Part shown: positions 9,093 to 18,818 of the stretch, piece by piece
How positions within the stretch are numbered: position 1 is the first letter of the stretch
How the letters are laid out: each line of letters opens with the position of its first letter
Assembly (NCBI GenBank): GCA_038044745.1
Contig: JBBSZK010000002.1
Span: forward strand, 110,938-174,937
DNA length: 64,000 nucleotides
DNA from: Nanobdellota archaeon
GTDB taxonomy: Archaea > Nanobdellota > Nanobdellia > Pacearchaeales > GW2011-AR1
Direction of reading: 5' to 3'
Notes under the pieces: model-generated
What the model saw: only the letters and a program-made list of their open reading frames with translations
Told to the model about the DNA's origin: nothing
The model's database searches: none
Program-made: the position numbers and the translations under genes

Positions 9093-9359
9093 CTATTCTA
9101 GCCATTTTGTAAGCATTTTTTCCACTTCTGTCCTCTGGGTGGAAGGCCCCCATTTTCGGTACTGCGGCAAGAGCTCTTTATTAGAAACGACAAACATCCA
9201 GCGTTTTCCATACTTGCGATTAAGCATAGCGACCTTTGCCTTTAATTGATCCTTTTTAGTGAGCAGAGTACCCGTCTCAACCTCTAACGCATAACATTTC
9301 TTCTTGTTATTACTATTAAGGAACGATAAGTCTAAATAGAAATATTTGCCGCAATTCGT
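9093..9359 (-). pseudogene. Gene fragment with PD-(D/E)xK-like signature and no start codon ahead of the motif
   Basis: Stop-to-stop frame reads ...LDLSFLNSNNKKKCYALEVETGTLLTKKDQLKAKVAMLNRKYGKRWMFVVSN...WLE*. Confidence 0.55.
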
Positions 9360-9424
9360 TTATTGGCTTGAAAGCCAAGGATTTCTTGCGGGCGGATTAA
9401 AAATATGCTAAGACAAATTAGAAC

Positions 9425-9748
9425 TTACGAACGGCGCCCGTATAAATACCTGTGAGCACACTGCGCAAAGGGAAGGCCACAGCAAGTACACGTCTGGTCT
9501 AACCGAACTTCCGGCGAGCGAACAGACCGTTCTGCCGTGGCCCTTCCACAATAGAGAAGTCGCAAAGCTGAACCTGAGTAATCGATACCGTGGCGATAAT
9601 CGCGAGGTCCATTTTCGCGGCCAAGACCATAACGAGTGGTCGCGCCTTCAGAGACAGAAAGGAAAGAACCCCGATAACCATTCCATTCTGAAGAACGACC
9701 CGCCACGCCAGTAGGACTAGCATTTTTCGTTGCAGAGTAACCTGTCAT
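9425..9748 (-). CDS. Hypothetical protein (C-terminal CxCC-x6-C-x-H)
   Basis: 107 aa ORF with TATATAAA box upstream; no recognisable family. Confidence 0.4.
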   Translation of the reverse strand: MTGYSATKNASPTGVAGRSSEWNGYRGSFLSVSEGATTRYGLGRENGPRDYRHGIDYSGSALRLLYCGRATAERSVRSPEVRLDQTCTCCGLPFAQCAHRYLYGRRS

Positions 9749-9968
9749 GCCGTGATCATTAACCTTGCTTTTATATATCTTGGGCTAGTGGTTTGCTTGC
9801 CCACGAACCCGCTGCGCCCCGCTTCAACAACTGCGCAAAATCAAAATAGGGGCACATCGGTTACTATCTCTGAGTTTGCCTTATTGAACCTACAAAGACG
9901 GCTTATAACTTTTGAAGAGTAAAAGCAAGCGACCTATCAATATTGATAAGGCCGTATATTTTACTATT

Positions 9969-10250
9969 TTAGCGGGGTTTTAGACAAAACTCGCGTTCGT
10001 ACCATTCTTTTCCTTCTTGAGTTATCTTATATCCTTCTCCGATATACTCTTTTCCTTGAAATATCCTAATAAAACCCTGCATCTGCAACCCATGTAATGC
10101 CCTCATCTCTTCGTCATCAAAGTTTAAGCCAGCCATTTGTGAAGAGTTAGGAGAAACATCAAAGCTTGCACGATATGCAGGCTCTATCAAACTAGCAAGA
10201 CGAGAATTCATTACACTAAGATCGGAACGCGGTTGTAATATGGCAGCCAT
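9969..10250 (-). CDS. Small winged-helix-like protein
   Basis: ALHGLQMQGFI...GYKITQEGKEWYE helix-wing pattern. Confidence 0.55.
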   Translation of the reverse strand: MAAILQPRSDLSVMNSRLASLIEPAYRASFDVSPNSSQMAGLNFDDEEMRALHGLQMQGFIRIFQGKEYIGEGYKITQEGKEWYEREFCLKPR

Positions 10251-10330
10251 AAATAAGTCGCTTTCTCAGGTATATTTAATTTGCCTCGTGAATTAGTTTT
10301 ATTTAACCTATTTAAAACTTATGAAAAAGA

Positions 10331-10345
10331 GAAACGTTTAAGAAA
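10331..10345 (+). promoter_or_regulatory. BRE/TATA-like promoter element
   Basis: GAAACGTTTAAGAAA, identical to 13866-13880; both precede + strand genes. Confidence 0.5.
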
Positions 10346-10378
10346 GTATATAAGTTAAAACGTTTTTAAGAGGAGAGC

Positions 10379-11500
10379 ATGGAACAAACACACGAAAAAG
10401 AACAGCAATCGCCCGAAGAAGAACAGAAAAAAGAAGTGCAAAGAAGAATAATCGAACTTCCCGAAACAACGAACGCAGGAAAGGTAACCGAACAAGAATT
10501 CGTAGATATCATTCGTCTTGTCTCGCCAGGAACGGGATTCAGAACCGCGTTGGAAGGAATAGTCAAAATAGGAAAGGGAGCATTACTTGTCATAGAAAAC
10601 GAATTTACAGAGCCTCTTATCGATGGAGGATTCAAATTAAATTGCAAGTTCACACCACAAAAGCTAATGGAATTATCAAAAATGGATGGAGCCATCGTCC
10701 TCTCACGAAACATGAAAAAGATAATGCATGCGAATGTATTACTGACGCCCGATAGTAGAATACGGACAAATGAAACCGGCACGCGACACAAAGCTGCAGA
10801 GAGAACTGCAAAAATGACGGGCGCGTTGGTCATAGCAGTCTCTGAAAGAAAAAACGAAATAAATGTGTATTACAAGAATCTGAAACACACCCTCGTAAAC
10901 AGCAATGAACTGCTCCGAAAAGCAAACGAACAAGTACAAATATTAGAAAAACAGAGAGAACTCTTTGAGAAGTATAAAGAACGGCTCGATAGATTCGAGC
11001 TTCAAAATTACCACACGTTGCATCATGCACTACGAATCATACAAAAGGGGACCCTTATACAAAAGATAAGCGGTGAAATTCAAAAAGTAGTTGTCGAACT
11101 CGGTAAAGAAGGCCTATTACTTAAGACGCGAATACGTGAATTGCTCAAGGGTGTAATCGAAGAAACTGATCTGACAATAGCAGATTACACAAAACTCGAC
11201 GTGAAAAAATCACGTACCTTGCTCAAATCACTAAGTTACGAAGAAGTACTTGATGAAGAAAATATCCTTAAAGCGCTCGCATACGAAAGTCCCTTACAGC
11301 AACGACCAATAAAAGGATGGCGTATCCTGAACAAAACGCTCCTCACCGATGCGGAGATAGCGCATCTCGTAAAAGAAGCAGGAAGTCTTGGCAAAGCAAT
11401 AAACTCAAATATAAGTTACTACAAAGGAATCCTGGGAGAAGAGCGTGCAAATATGTTCAAAGAGGACATAGAGCGTCTGAAGTTAACCCATACGTATTAA
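10379..11500 (+). CDS. disA: DNA integrity scanning diadenylate cyclase DisA
   Basis: ELSKMDGAIVLS, ANVLLTPD, ETGTRHKAAERTA, IAVSE, helical linker and HhH-like C-terminus. Confidence 0.9.
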   Translation: MEQTHEKEQQSPEEEQKKEVQRRIIELPETTNAGKVTEQEFVDIIRLVSPGTGFRTALEGIVKIGKGALLVIENEFTEPLIDGGFKLNCKFTPQKLMELSKMDGAIVLSRNMKKIMHANVLLTPDSRIRTNETGTRHKAAERTAKMTGALVIAVSERKNEINVYYKNLKHTLVNSNELLRKANEQVQILEKQRELFEKYKERLDRFELQNYHTLHHALRIIQKGTLIQKISGEIQKVVVELGKEGLLLKTRIRELLKGVIEETDLTIADYTKLDVKKSRTLLKSLSYEEVLDEENILKALAYESPLQQRPIKGWRILNKTLLTDAEIAHLVKEAGSLGKAINSNISYYKGILGEERANMFKEDIERLKLTHTY

Positions 11501-11553
11501 AGACCTCGTTAAAAGCTCTAAAGCTTTAAAAACCCCAAAATATAAGGACTCTC

Positions 11554-11670
11554 ATGAAAAGATCCTCTCGACGTTGGAAGAAAAAGCGTCAAATGCGGTG
11601 GAAATGGCAACGTAAGCGATTACGCAAAGAAAAGCGTAGGCGACGCATGCATCGAGCACGCACTGCATAA
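11554..11670 (+). CDS. rpl41e: Ribosomal protein eL41
   Basis: 38 aa MKRSSRRWKKKRQMRWKWQRKRLRKEKRRRRMHRARTA; not in the ORF track. Confidence 0.88.
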   Translation: MKRSSRRWKKKRQMRWKWQRKRLRKEKRRRRMHRARTA

Positions 11671-11735
11671 AAAGGACCATAGTGCCCATCTAAACACCAT
11701 AATCCTTATAAAAAGACATTCCCGAAATCACCCAT

Positions 11736-12704
11736 ATGACCCAGACAGATATCTGGACTGAACGATATCGTCCAGGCACATTTGAAGAGGTGGTCGGACA
11801 ACAGGAAATTGTCAAACGCGTCAAATCCCTTGTCCAGGCCATGAATATCCCTCACTTGTTGTTTGCAGGACCTGCCGGTACCGGAAAGTCGACACTCGCA
11901 TTGATAGTAGTAAAACAACTATTCGGAGAAAACTGGAAGCAAAATTATATTGAATTAAACGCATCCGACGAAAGAGGAATTGAAGTCGTTCGCCAAAAGG
12001 TCAAAGATTTCGCACGAACAAAAGCACTGGGTAATGTCCCCTTCAAAGTTATTTTTCTCGATGAGGCAGACGCATTAACACGAGAAGCACAGCAAGCATT
12101 GCGTCGAACCATGGAAAATTACACAAACACCTGCAGGTTTATCATGTCGTGCAACTATTCAAGCAAGATCATAGATCCTATCCAATCGCGATGTGTCGTA
12201 TTCAGATTTAGATTACTTGAAAAAAAAGACATTGCTTCAGTTATAAAACGCATTGCCGAAAAAGAAAAATTAAAGTTATCTGACGATGTATTCGAGACCC
12301 TTTACGAATCAAGCGAGGGAGACTGCCGTCGGGCAATTAACCTCCTGCAAGCGACCGCTTCGATATCTCTAGACATCAACGCAGAAATGATTAATATTAT
12401 TGCTTCATCTTCAAAACCAACTAATGTCAAAGTGGTGCTTGACTATGCGCTTGCAGGTGACTTCCCTAGTGCCCGTGAGAAACTACTTGATGTTATGTTA
12501 AAAGACAGCGTCTCGGGAACGGATATTGTAAAAGCGATTCAAAAAGAGATATGGTTGCTCAACATCGAACCTGAATTAAAGGTGAAACTTACCGAAAAGA
12601 CAGGAGAGATAGAGTTCAGGATGGTTGAAGGTAGTGATGAATTTGTGCAACTACAATCTCTGCTCGCCTCTTTCGTATTGGCAGGCAAACTAAACAAGCT
12701 ATGA
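11736..12704 (+). CDS. rfcS: Replication factor C small subunit
   Basis: WTERYRP, GPAGTGKS, ELNASDERG, DEAD, IQSRC. Confidence 0.97.
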   Translation: MTQTDIWTERYRPGTFEEVVGQQEIVKRVKSLVQAMNIPHLLFAGPAGTGKSTLALIVVKQLFGENWKQNYIELNASDERGIEVVRQKVKDFARTKALGNVPFKVIFLDEADALTREAQQALRRTMENYTNTCRFIMSCNYSSKIIDPIQSRCVVFRFRLLEKKDIASVIKRIAEKEKLKLSDDVFETLYESSEGDCRRAINLLQATASISLDINAEMINIIASSSKPTNVKVVLDYALAGDFPSAREKLLDVMLKDSVSGTDIVKAIQKEIWLLNIEPELKVKLTEKTGEIEFRMVEGSDEFVQLQSLLASFVLAGKLNKL

Positions 12705-13861
12705 GCTCCCTCGCAGAAAAATACCGCCCAAAAAAATATGCAGAAATGCTCGGGCAAGAAAAGGCAGTGATTGAGTTAAAAATATTTCTCAAAGAGTTTC
12801 CCAAAAAAAAAGCACTTCTTCTGTACGGTCCCCCGGGAACAGGTAAAACAACGCTCGCACTCGTAGCCGCTCTCGAAAATGAAGCCGAAATATTTGAACT
12901 TAATTCATCAGACTTGCGAAATCGGGCAAAACTTGAAGAAATTCTCAAGCCCGCATCATTACAAACAAGCCTCTTTAAGAAAAATAAAATACTGTTAGTT
13001 GATGAAGTAGATGGCGTTACGGGCACCGACATCGGAGGTATTCCTGAACTTATCCGAATCATAGAAAAATCATCACATCCAGTAATTATAACAGGAAACG
13101 ACGTCTGGCAGACAAAATTAGCACCATTGCGCCCACTCTGCAAAATGGTCGAGATGAAATCGCTCACAACCGACGCAGTTGCATATCACCTAAAAAAAAT
13201 CGCCGATAAAGAGAATATTGCTGAAAACCCTCATTTTCTACGACAGGTTGCGCTTAAATCACAAGGCGACTTGCGAGCAGCACTTAACGACTTTCAGGCA
13301 TATTCTATTGATAAAGACTCGCTCATTATAAACCAAGACAAACGGCATCGCGAGGATAGTATTTTCAACATTCTGAAACTGCTCTTCCAAGAGCGGCAAG
13401 ATTTTCTTGAACTATTTGACACGACTGATATGTCCCTCGATGAGATTTTACTCTGGATTGAAGAGAACATTCCTCGAGAGTACCAAAATGAAGCGCTACA
13501 TAAAGCGTACGGTGCGCTCAGTAATGCAGATGTCCACCGAGGGAGGATTTATAGACAACAGCACTGGCGATTTCTTATTTATCAGAATATATTTCAAAGT
13601 GCAGGAATTGCATACGCAAAAGATCGGCCCAAGCAGGGATTCACTAAGTATGAACGACCAAAAAGAATTCTCAAAATATGGCTCAACAATCAAAAGAGTG
13701 CAAAGAAAAAGACTATCGCCCAAAAATACGCGCGCCTCGTGCATTGTTCGATAAAGAGAGTCATGCGCGATTTTGAACTTCTTAAACCGATTATGCAGAA
13801 ACCAGAAGTCCAAAGTCAACTGCGCCTCGAACAAGATGAAGTTGAGTTTTTAAAACGATAA
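12701..13861 (+). CDS. rfcL: Replication factor C large subunit
   Basis: [34 protein letters not shown]; overlaps rfcS. Confidence 0.95.
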   Translation: MSSLAEKYRPKKYAEMLGQEKAVIELKIFLKEFPKKKALLLYGPPGTGKTTLALVAALENEAEIFELNSSDLRNRAKLEEILKPASLQTSLFKKNKILLVDEVDGVTGTDIGGIPELIRIIEKSSHPVIITGNDVWQTKLAPLRPLCKMVEMKSLTTDAVAYHLKKIADKENIAENPHFLRQVALKSQGDLRAALNDFQAYSIDKDSLIINQDKRHREDSIFNILKLLFQERQDFLELFDTTDMSLDEILLWIEENIPREYQNEALHKAYGALSNADVHRGRIYRQQHWRFLIYQNIFQSAGIAYAKDRPKQGFTKYERPKRILKIWLNNQKSAKKKTIAQKYARLVHCSIKRVMRDFELLKPIMQKPEVQSQLRLEQDEVEFLKR

Positions 13862-13900
13862 AAACGAAACGTTTAAGAAATAATGAGTGCCAGAAAAAAG

Positions 13901-14272
13901 ATGTCTCTTAAGGAAAATTTGTTGATGGGGGCAACCTATATCGCTGCAGGAGTCGCGGGAATCGCGAGAGGAATCTACGCACAAACAGGGCACATTTCCG
14001 ATACAGAAGCGAACGTGCTCATTGATGCCGCACTCATTATATCGGGCACCTATATAGGAAGCAAAGTTATGACTCAAGAACCTCTGCGATTAACCAAACC
14101 CCGAGATGAGCTTCCAGGAACAAGTTTTGACGGGCTTATGGTACTTCTCGATGGAGGAATAGTACTCGGAAAAAGAGCCGCAGGGGTAGGAATAGGCGTA
14201 GCGGGGACACTTATTGCAGAACGGATGGGATACCTCGCCGGAAGAGGGCTGGCCTATGTCGCTGCACGATAG
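13901..14272 (+). CDS. Hypothetical membrane protein
   Basis: Gly/Ala-rich hydrophobic segments; start placed about 22 nt after TATA at 13872. Confidence 0.6.
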   Translation: MSLKENLLMGATYIAAGVAGIARGIYAQTGHISDTEANVLIDAALIISGTYIGSKVMTQEPLRLTKPRDELPGTSFDGLMVLLDGGIVLGKRAAGVGIGVAGTLIAERMGYLAGRGLAYVAAR

Positions 14273-14916
14273 AGCGCGTCCACCTGCTTCCAATTAACCA
14301 CATTCCACCATTGTTCAACATATCCTTTCCGATTAGATTGCCATTTCAAGTAATACGCATGCTCCCACACATCAAGCCCGAGAAGAGGAATTTTACCTTC
14401 CATAAGCGGTGAATCTTGATTGGGAGTCGAAAGAATAGAAAGAGTAGGCGCTGCAGTCTGCGCAAAGGTCTTACCGCCATCAGGAGAAACACAGCCAGCA
14501 GGAATCAAGACAAGCCATGCCCAGCCAGAGCCAAATCGATTCAAAGCGACCTCATTAAACTTCGACTTAAACTCGTCCAAGCTACCAAAGGTATTTTTGA
14601 GAGCGTCAGCAATGTCTCCAGCAAACACGCGTTCTTTAGCATGGGGTGTCATAATCTCCCAGAACATCGAATGATTCACATGCCCTCCCCCATGATTACG
14701 AACCGCTATACGAATATCCTCGGGAACAGCAGTCAAATCAGATAATAGCCCCTTAACATCCTTCTTGAGAAGCGCAGGATGTTTCTCAAGGGCAGCATTC
14801 AATTTGTCAACGTAGGTCTGATGATGTTTGGTATGATGAATCTCCATCGTGCGAGCATCAATAAACGGTTCAAGTGCATCGTACGCGTACGACAAAGCAG
14901 GTAACACCAATTTCAT
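14254..14916 (-). CDS. sod: Fe/Mn superoxide dismutase
   Basis: IHHTKHHQTYV, NHGGGHVNH, FGSGWAWL, NQD, DVWEHAYY. Confidence 0.97.
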   Translation of the reverse strand: MKLVLPALSYAYDALEPFIDARTMEIHHTKHHQTYVDKLNAALEKHPALLKKDVKGLLSDLTAVPEDIRIAVRNHGGGHVNHSMFWEIMTPHAKERVFAGDIADALKNTFGSLDEFKSKFNEVALNRFGSGWAWLVLIPAGCVSPDGGKTFAQTAAPTLSILSTPNQDSPLMEGKIPLLGLDVWEHAYYLKWQSNRKGYVEQWWNVVNWKQVDALYRAAT

Positions 14917-14950
14917 GCGCTCAAAAAACAACATCGATATTTAAGGATTC

Positions 14951-15352
14951 CTATATGCAATGCAACTCAACGGTAAGTTCTCGAAGTCGAGGAGGAATCT
15001 TGCCAATAAGTGCACGAACGATCGTATTTGCAGCCGTTTCGAGAGGAGCAACCTGCTCAGTAAAATCAACAACACGGTGGGGAAGCGAAATCGGAGGAGC
15101 TCCTGCGTCACCCAAAAAGAGCGCATATCCTTTAGAAGAATCATCCTCAGAGAAATTACCTGCCATAATGCCTATACAGGGGGACGGATTGTCTGATTGA
15201 AATTTAATATACCCTGAACCGGACTCCTGATTCATGCAGACGTAGCGCCGACCAAATTCATGAACAAGTGCCGGAAAAACGGGCGAGAAGTCTACATGTG
15301 GCGAACCCCGCACAAAAAAGCCCGTTACGATGATAGGACGCACGCGCCCCAT
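14951..15352 (-). CDS. Hypothetical protein (possibly 3' part of a frameshifted gene starting at 15491)
   Basis: Open frame MGRVRPIIVTG...; upstream ORF start is offset by one base. Confidence 0.5.
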   Translation of the reverse strand: MGRVRPIIVTGFFVRGSPHVDFSPVFPALVHEFGRRYVCMNQESGSGYIKFQSDNPSPCIGIMAGNFSEDDSSKGYALFLGDAGAPPISLPHRVVDFTEQVAPLETAANTIVRALIGKIPPRLRELTVELHCI

Positions 15353-15541
15353 GAAGCGGCAGTGGAATCGAAGATTCACGCGTGTTAAGAACAAGCGATG
15401 TCTCAGAAAAATCGACGTCTTTTGACATGCCCGAAGGAAATCGTATCAAGCGATTGTGAACTTCGATAAGATGAGAAAGCACAATACGCATACACATACG
15501 TAATAAAAGACCCTTATAAAGATTATAGCAAACGAATAAGC

Positions 15542-16474
15542 TTACGCTACAAGCTCTGCATCGATAATTTGTTTGAATGCACTAAACGGCTGGGCTCCCA
15601 CCAAAGGCTTCCCGTTGACGAAGAAGGAAGGAGTACCCGAAACACCTAACGATTGACCGTACGCAAGCTCCGCGTTCACACGCGCCTCGAAATCACCTTT
15701 ATCAAGGCAACCGTCAAAGAGCGCCCCATTGAGACCAATTTCACGTGCCCATTTCTTATAGTTCTCCATACTCAAACTGTCCTGATTTTCAAAGAGCTTA
15801 TCATGCATCTTCCAAAATCCATCATTGCCTTTCTGTGCCTGTGCACACAACGAAGCTTCGGCAGCCTTCTGTGCTTCAGCATGGAAACCAAGCGGGAACT
15901 GCATAAAGATTACCTTGGCCTTTCCAGTCTTGATATACTGTTCATCAATCTGCTTGTAAGCATCAGAATAAAAGCGCTCGCAGAACGGACATTCAAAGTC
16001 AGAAAACTCAACAATTGTAACAGGAGCATTAGCTAAACCCTTAACAGGAGCATTCTTAATTTGATTAACATCAATCACAACAGGAGCATTATTATCAGCC
16101 GTATCAGATGTGGGGGGAAGATTGCCTCCAAGTGAACCATCTAAAGCAATAACTTGAAATGCAAGTTTAGTACCATCAAGCGTAGCATACACCGGTACGC
16201 TGTCTCCCTGATAACTAACCATAACTTTATACAAACCGCTTTCTTCAGCAACAGAATCGAGCGTGACGCCCCCGCCGGTTTGCGCATTAAGAGCAGTAAG
16301 AACCTTCTGACCCACATCGCCTGAGCTTACAACCGCCCCCGTGGAAGGACCCGTAGTAGCAATAAAGAGCGCAATGAGAAAAAGAACTCCCAAAACAAAT
16401 GTAGAAACCATCCAAGGATTAGCACGAGCAAGCGCAACAAATCGAGGCGCCTGGACAGTTTCTTTCTCAACCAT
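15542..16474 (-). CDS. Membrane-anchored DsbA-family thiol-disulfide oxidoreductase
   Basis: VEFSDFECPFC, FPL, GVSGTPSFFVNG, GAQP; N-terminal TM. Confidence 0.93.
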   Translation of the reverse strand: MVEKETVQAPRFVALARANPWMVSTFVLGVLFLIALFIATTGPSTGAVVSSGDVGQKVLTALNAQTGGGVTLDSVAEESGLYKVMVSYQGDSVPVYATLDGTKLAFQVIALDGSLGGNLPPTSDTADNNAPVVIDVNQIKNAPVKGLANAPVTIVEFSDFECPFCERFYSDAYKQIDEQYIKTGKAKVIFMQFPLGFHAEAQKAAEASLCAQAQKGNDGFWKMHDKLFENQDSLSMENYKKWAREIGLNGALFDGCLDKGDFEARVNAELAYGQSLGVSGTPSFFVNGKPLVGAQPFSAFKQIIDAELVA

Positions 16475-16599
16475 GCGGAACATCTGGCAGGGGTTCTTTA
16501 AAAACCTTTGTATAAATGTTCCCCGAGTTGCAGTACCTTTTTGATGAAATGACGTCCGCAACGACGAGGATTTATATAGGTTTTCATCGTTTCACCCCT

Positions 16600-17910
16600 A
16601 TGCCCTATGATATTATACTCGGAAGAGACGCGTCAGACAAAAAGAAGTTTGGAATGAAAGGCCTCGTCAGGTTAGGTAAGGGCTACGTGACCATGGGTTC
16701 GTATACCTCTTTGTCGAATACCATCTGGATGGACATCGCTCGCACGCACGTAGTGCTCATTGCAGGTAAACGAGGATCAGGAAAATCATATACCATTGGT
16801 GTGCTCGCGGAAGAACTCGCAAACCTTGAAGGCGAAACCGCACACAACATCGGTTCCCTTATTTTTGATACAATGGGTATCTTTTGGACAATGAAGTTCA
16901 AAAACGAAAAAGAAAAGGAGCTACTTGCAGATTGGGAACTCCAAACAAGGCCGTTGCCCGTTCGTGTCCTTGCGCCCGCAGGAAGATTGCAAGAATACAA
17001 AGAAAAAAATATTCCGATTGATGAAACCTTCGCGATAAACGCAGGAGAATTAGACATCGATGATTGGATAACCACGTTCAACCTTACCATGACCTCGTTA
17101 GAAGGCACGCTCATCGCCAGTAGCGTGACTGCGCTCAAGGAAAAGACCGACCGATTCACGCTCAAGGACATGGTATATGCGCTCGAAGCTAACGCACACG
17201 CATCAAAAGAAACTAAAACCGTAGTCCGCGCATTATTCGAAGCCGCAGCCACATGGGGAATATTCGCTGAGCAGGAAAATAGTACGCGCATCAAAGACAT
17301 GGTCGTCCCCGGACAAACGACGGTACTCGATTTGTCTACGTATAGTGCTACAGGCGCGTTTAATGTACGAGCGCTTGTTATTGGACTGGTATCGCGAAAA
17401 CTGTTCGTGCAGCGTATGGACGCACGCAAACAAGAAGAAATGCAAGCCCTTCAGCACGGAGTAGACTATCAGACCTATACACTCGAACGAGAAGTTCCGC
17501 TCATCTGGTTATTTATCGATGAAGCGCACGAATTTCTTCCCAAAGACGGAAAAACACCCGCCACCGAAGCGCTCGTGCAGATTCTCAGAGAAGGCCGGCA
17601 GCCAGGTATTTCGCTCGTGCTCGCAACCCAGCAGCCCGGACAAATCCATCGAGATGTTATGACTCAGTCAGATATAGTCATCTCGCATAAAGTCACCTCA
17701 CAGCCTGACGTGCAAGCACTCAACGAAATCATGCAATCGTATCTTATTGAAACCATAAAAAAGAAGATGGACGAGCTTCCCAACCTCAAAGGTTCAGCAA
17801 TTATTCTTGACGACAATTCAGAACGCATTTACGCCATGCGCATGCGTCCTCGATTCACCTGGCACGGAGGGGAAGCACCTACTGCCATCAAGACCGAACT
17901 CTCGTTATAA
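16600..17910 (+). CDS. HerA/DUF87-like P-loop ATPase
   Basis: GKRGSGKS Walker A, FIDEAH Walker B, REGRQPG, ATQQP. Confidence 0.88.
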   Translation: MPYDIILGRDASDKKKFGMKGLVRLGKGYVTMGSYTSLSNTIWMDIARTHVVLIAGKRGSGKSYTIGVLAEELANLEGETAHNIGSLIFDTMGIFWTMKFKNEKEKELLADWELQTRPLPVRVLAPAGRLQEYKEKNIPIDETFAINAGELDIDDWITTFNLTMTSLEGTLIASSVTALKEKTDRFTLKDMVYALEANAHASKETKTVVRALFEAAATWGIFAEQENSTRIKDMVVPGQTTVLDLSTYSATGAFNVRALVIGLVSRKLFVQRMDARKQEEMQALQHGVDYQTYTLEREVPLIWLFIDEAHEFLPKDGKTPATEALVQILREGRQPGISLVLATQQPGQIHRDVMTQSDIVISHKVTSQPDVQALNEIMQSYLIETIKKKMDELPNLKGSAIILDDNSERIYAMRMRPRFTWHGGEAPTAIKTELSL

Positions 17911-17954
17911 AACGCAATAGTAAAGCCTAAAAAGCATGAAAGAATGCTCGCACC

Positions 17955-18818
17955 ATGGAAATTACGCGCGAGCACGAAAGAAGGATAAAAAGAATACTAC
18001 GAAGAGGAAAAACATCCACTCGACCACGAGCAATACGACTATTCGGAACAATAACCGGAGACCCGAACAATATCCATAGAAGAAGAGAATATGCCGAGGC
18101 AAGTGGATTGCCCAATACCCCCGTTATCGGGGCACATATAAGTGCAATCGGCCTTGAGCGCGCATTGGAAGCGTATTACGTACTCGCCAATCAAAGGCCA
18201 GTTGAACTATATCATTCCACAAGATTCAGTTCACCCTTATTTCCAGGAAGAAAAAAGCTGGGTCCGCTCGAAATTGAAGACATCGATGAAGAAACAGTGC
18301 TAAAATTACCCGTGCACAGAGGAAATTTTGTTAAAGCAACCAATGAAACGCGCATTGGAAGAATATCAAAAAAAATAGACACGCCTGCGAATCCAGACGC
18401 GGGCCCTATTTTTGCAGAAGTAACGCTAACCGAAAAAGGAGAACAAGCATACGGTCGACTGGTGCGAGCGCAACCAAGAGACCACCTTTCTCCCGGATGG
18501 CTCCAAGCATTATTTCCAGGAACGCTCGTGAGAGTTCTCAATACTGCCTACGAAGGAGATAATAAGGATGCACCTATGCCGCTGAACCTGCGCATGACTA
18601 CACATATAAAACAGCAAGCGGAAAAAAGCCCGCTTGCCTTAGAGGTGTATATGAACGATAGAGGGCGACGAGGAGACCTTTATGTCTACGATTTTTATGG
18701 CGAAATAAAACAAGGGAATAGAGTAATAGGAGTATCCGAACTTAAAGCGGTGAGCAGAACACCCATAGACCTAGAAAAAATAAGAAGAGTTTCCAGAATA
18801 CCCTCTATAACACTCTAA
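17955..18818 (+). CDS. MaoC-like hotdog-fold dehydratase domain protein
   Basis: TGDPNNIH-x5-AEASGL...G and RFSSPLFPG match the MaoC hydratase motif. Confidence 0.6.
   Translation: MEITREHERRIKRILRRGKTSTRPRAIRLFGTITGDPNNIHRRREYAEASGLPNTPVIGAHISAIGLERALEAYYVLANQRPVELYHSTRFSSPLFPGRKKLGPLEIEDIDEETVLKLPVHRGNFVKATNETRIGRISKKIDTPANPDAGPIFAEVTLTEKGEQAYGRLVRAQPRDHLSPGWLQALFPGTLVRVLNTAYEGDNKDAPMPLNLRMTTHIKQQAEKSPLALEVYMNDRGRRGDLYVYDFYGEIKQGNRVIGVSELKAVSRTPIDLEKIRRVSRIPSITL

Noticed and set aside
9836-9854. Possible second att copy of the tRNA-Glu 3' end (AAATC...AGGGGCA)
   Set aside because: Only 7 contiguous bases match; compatible with chance
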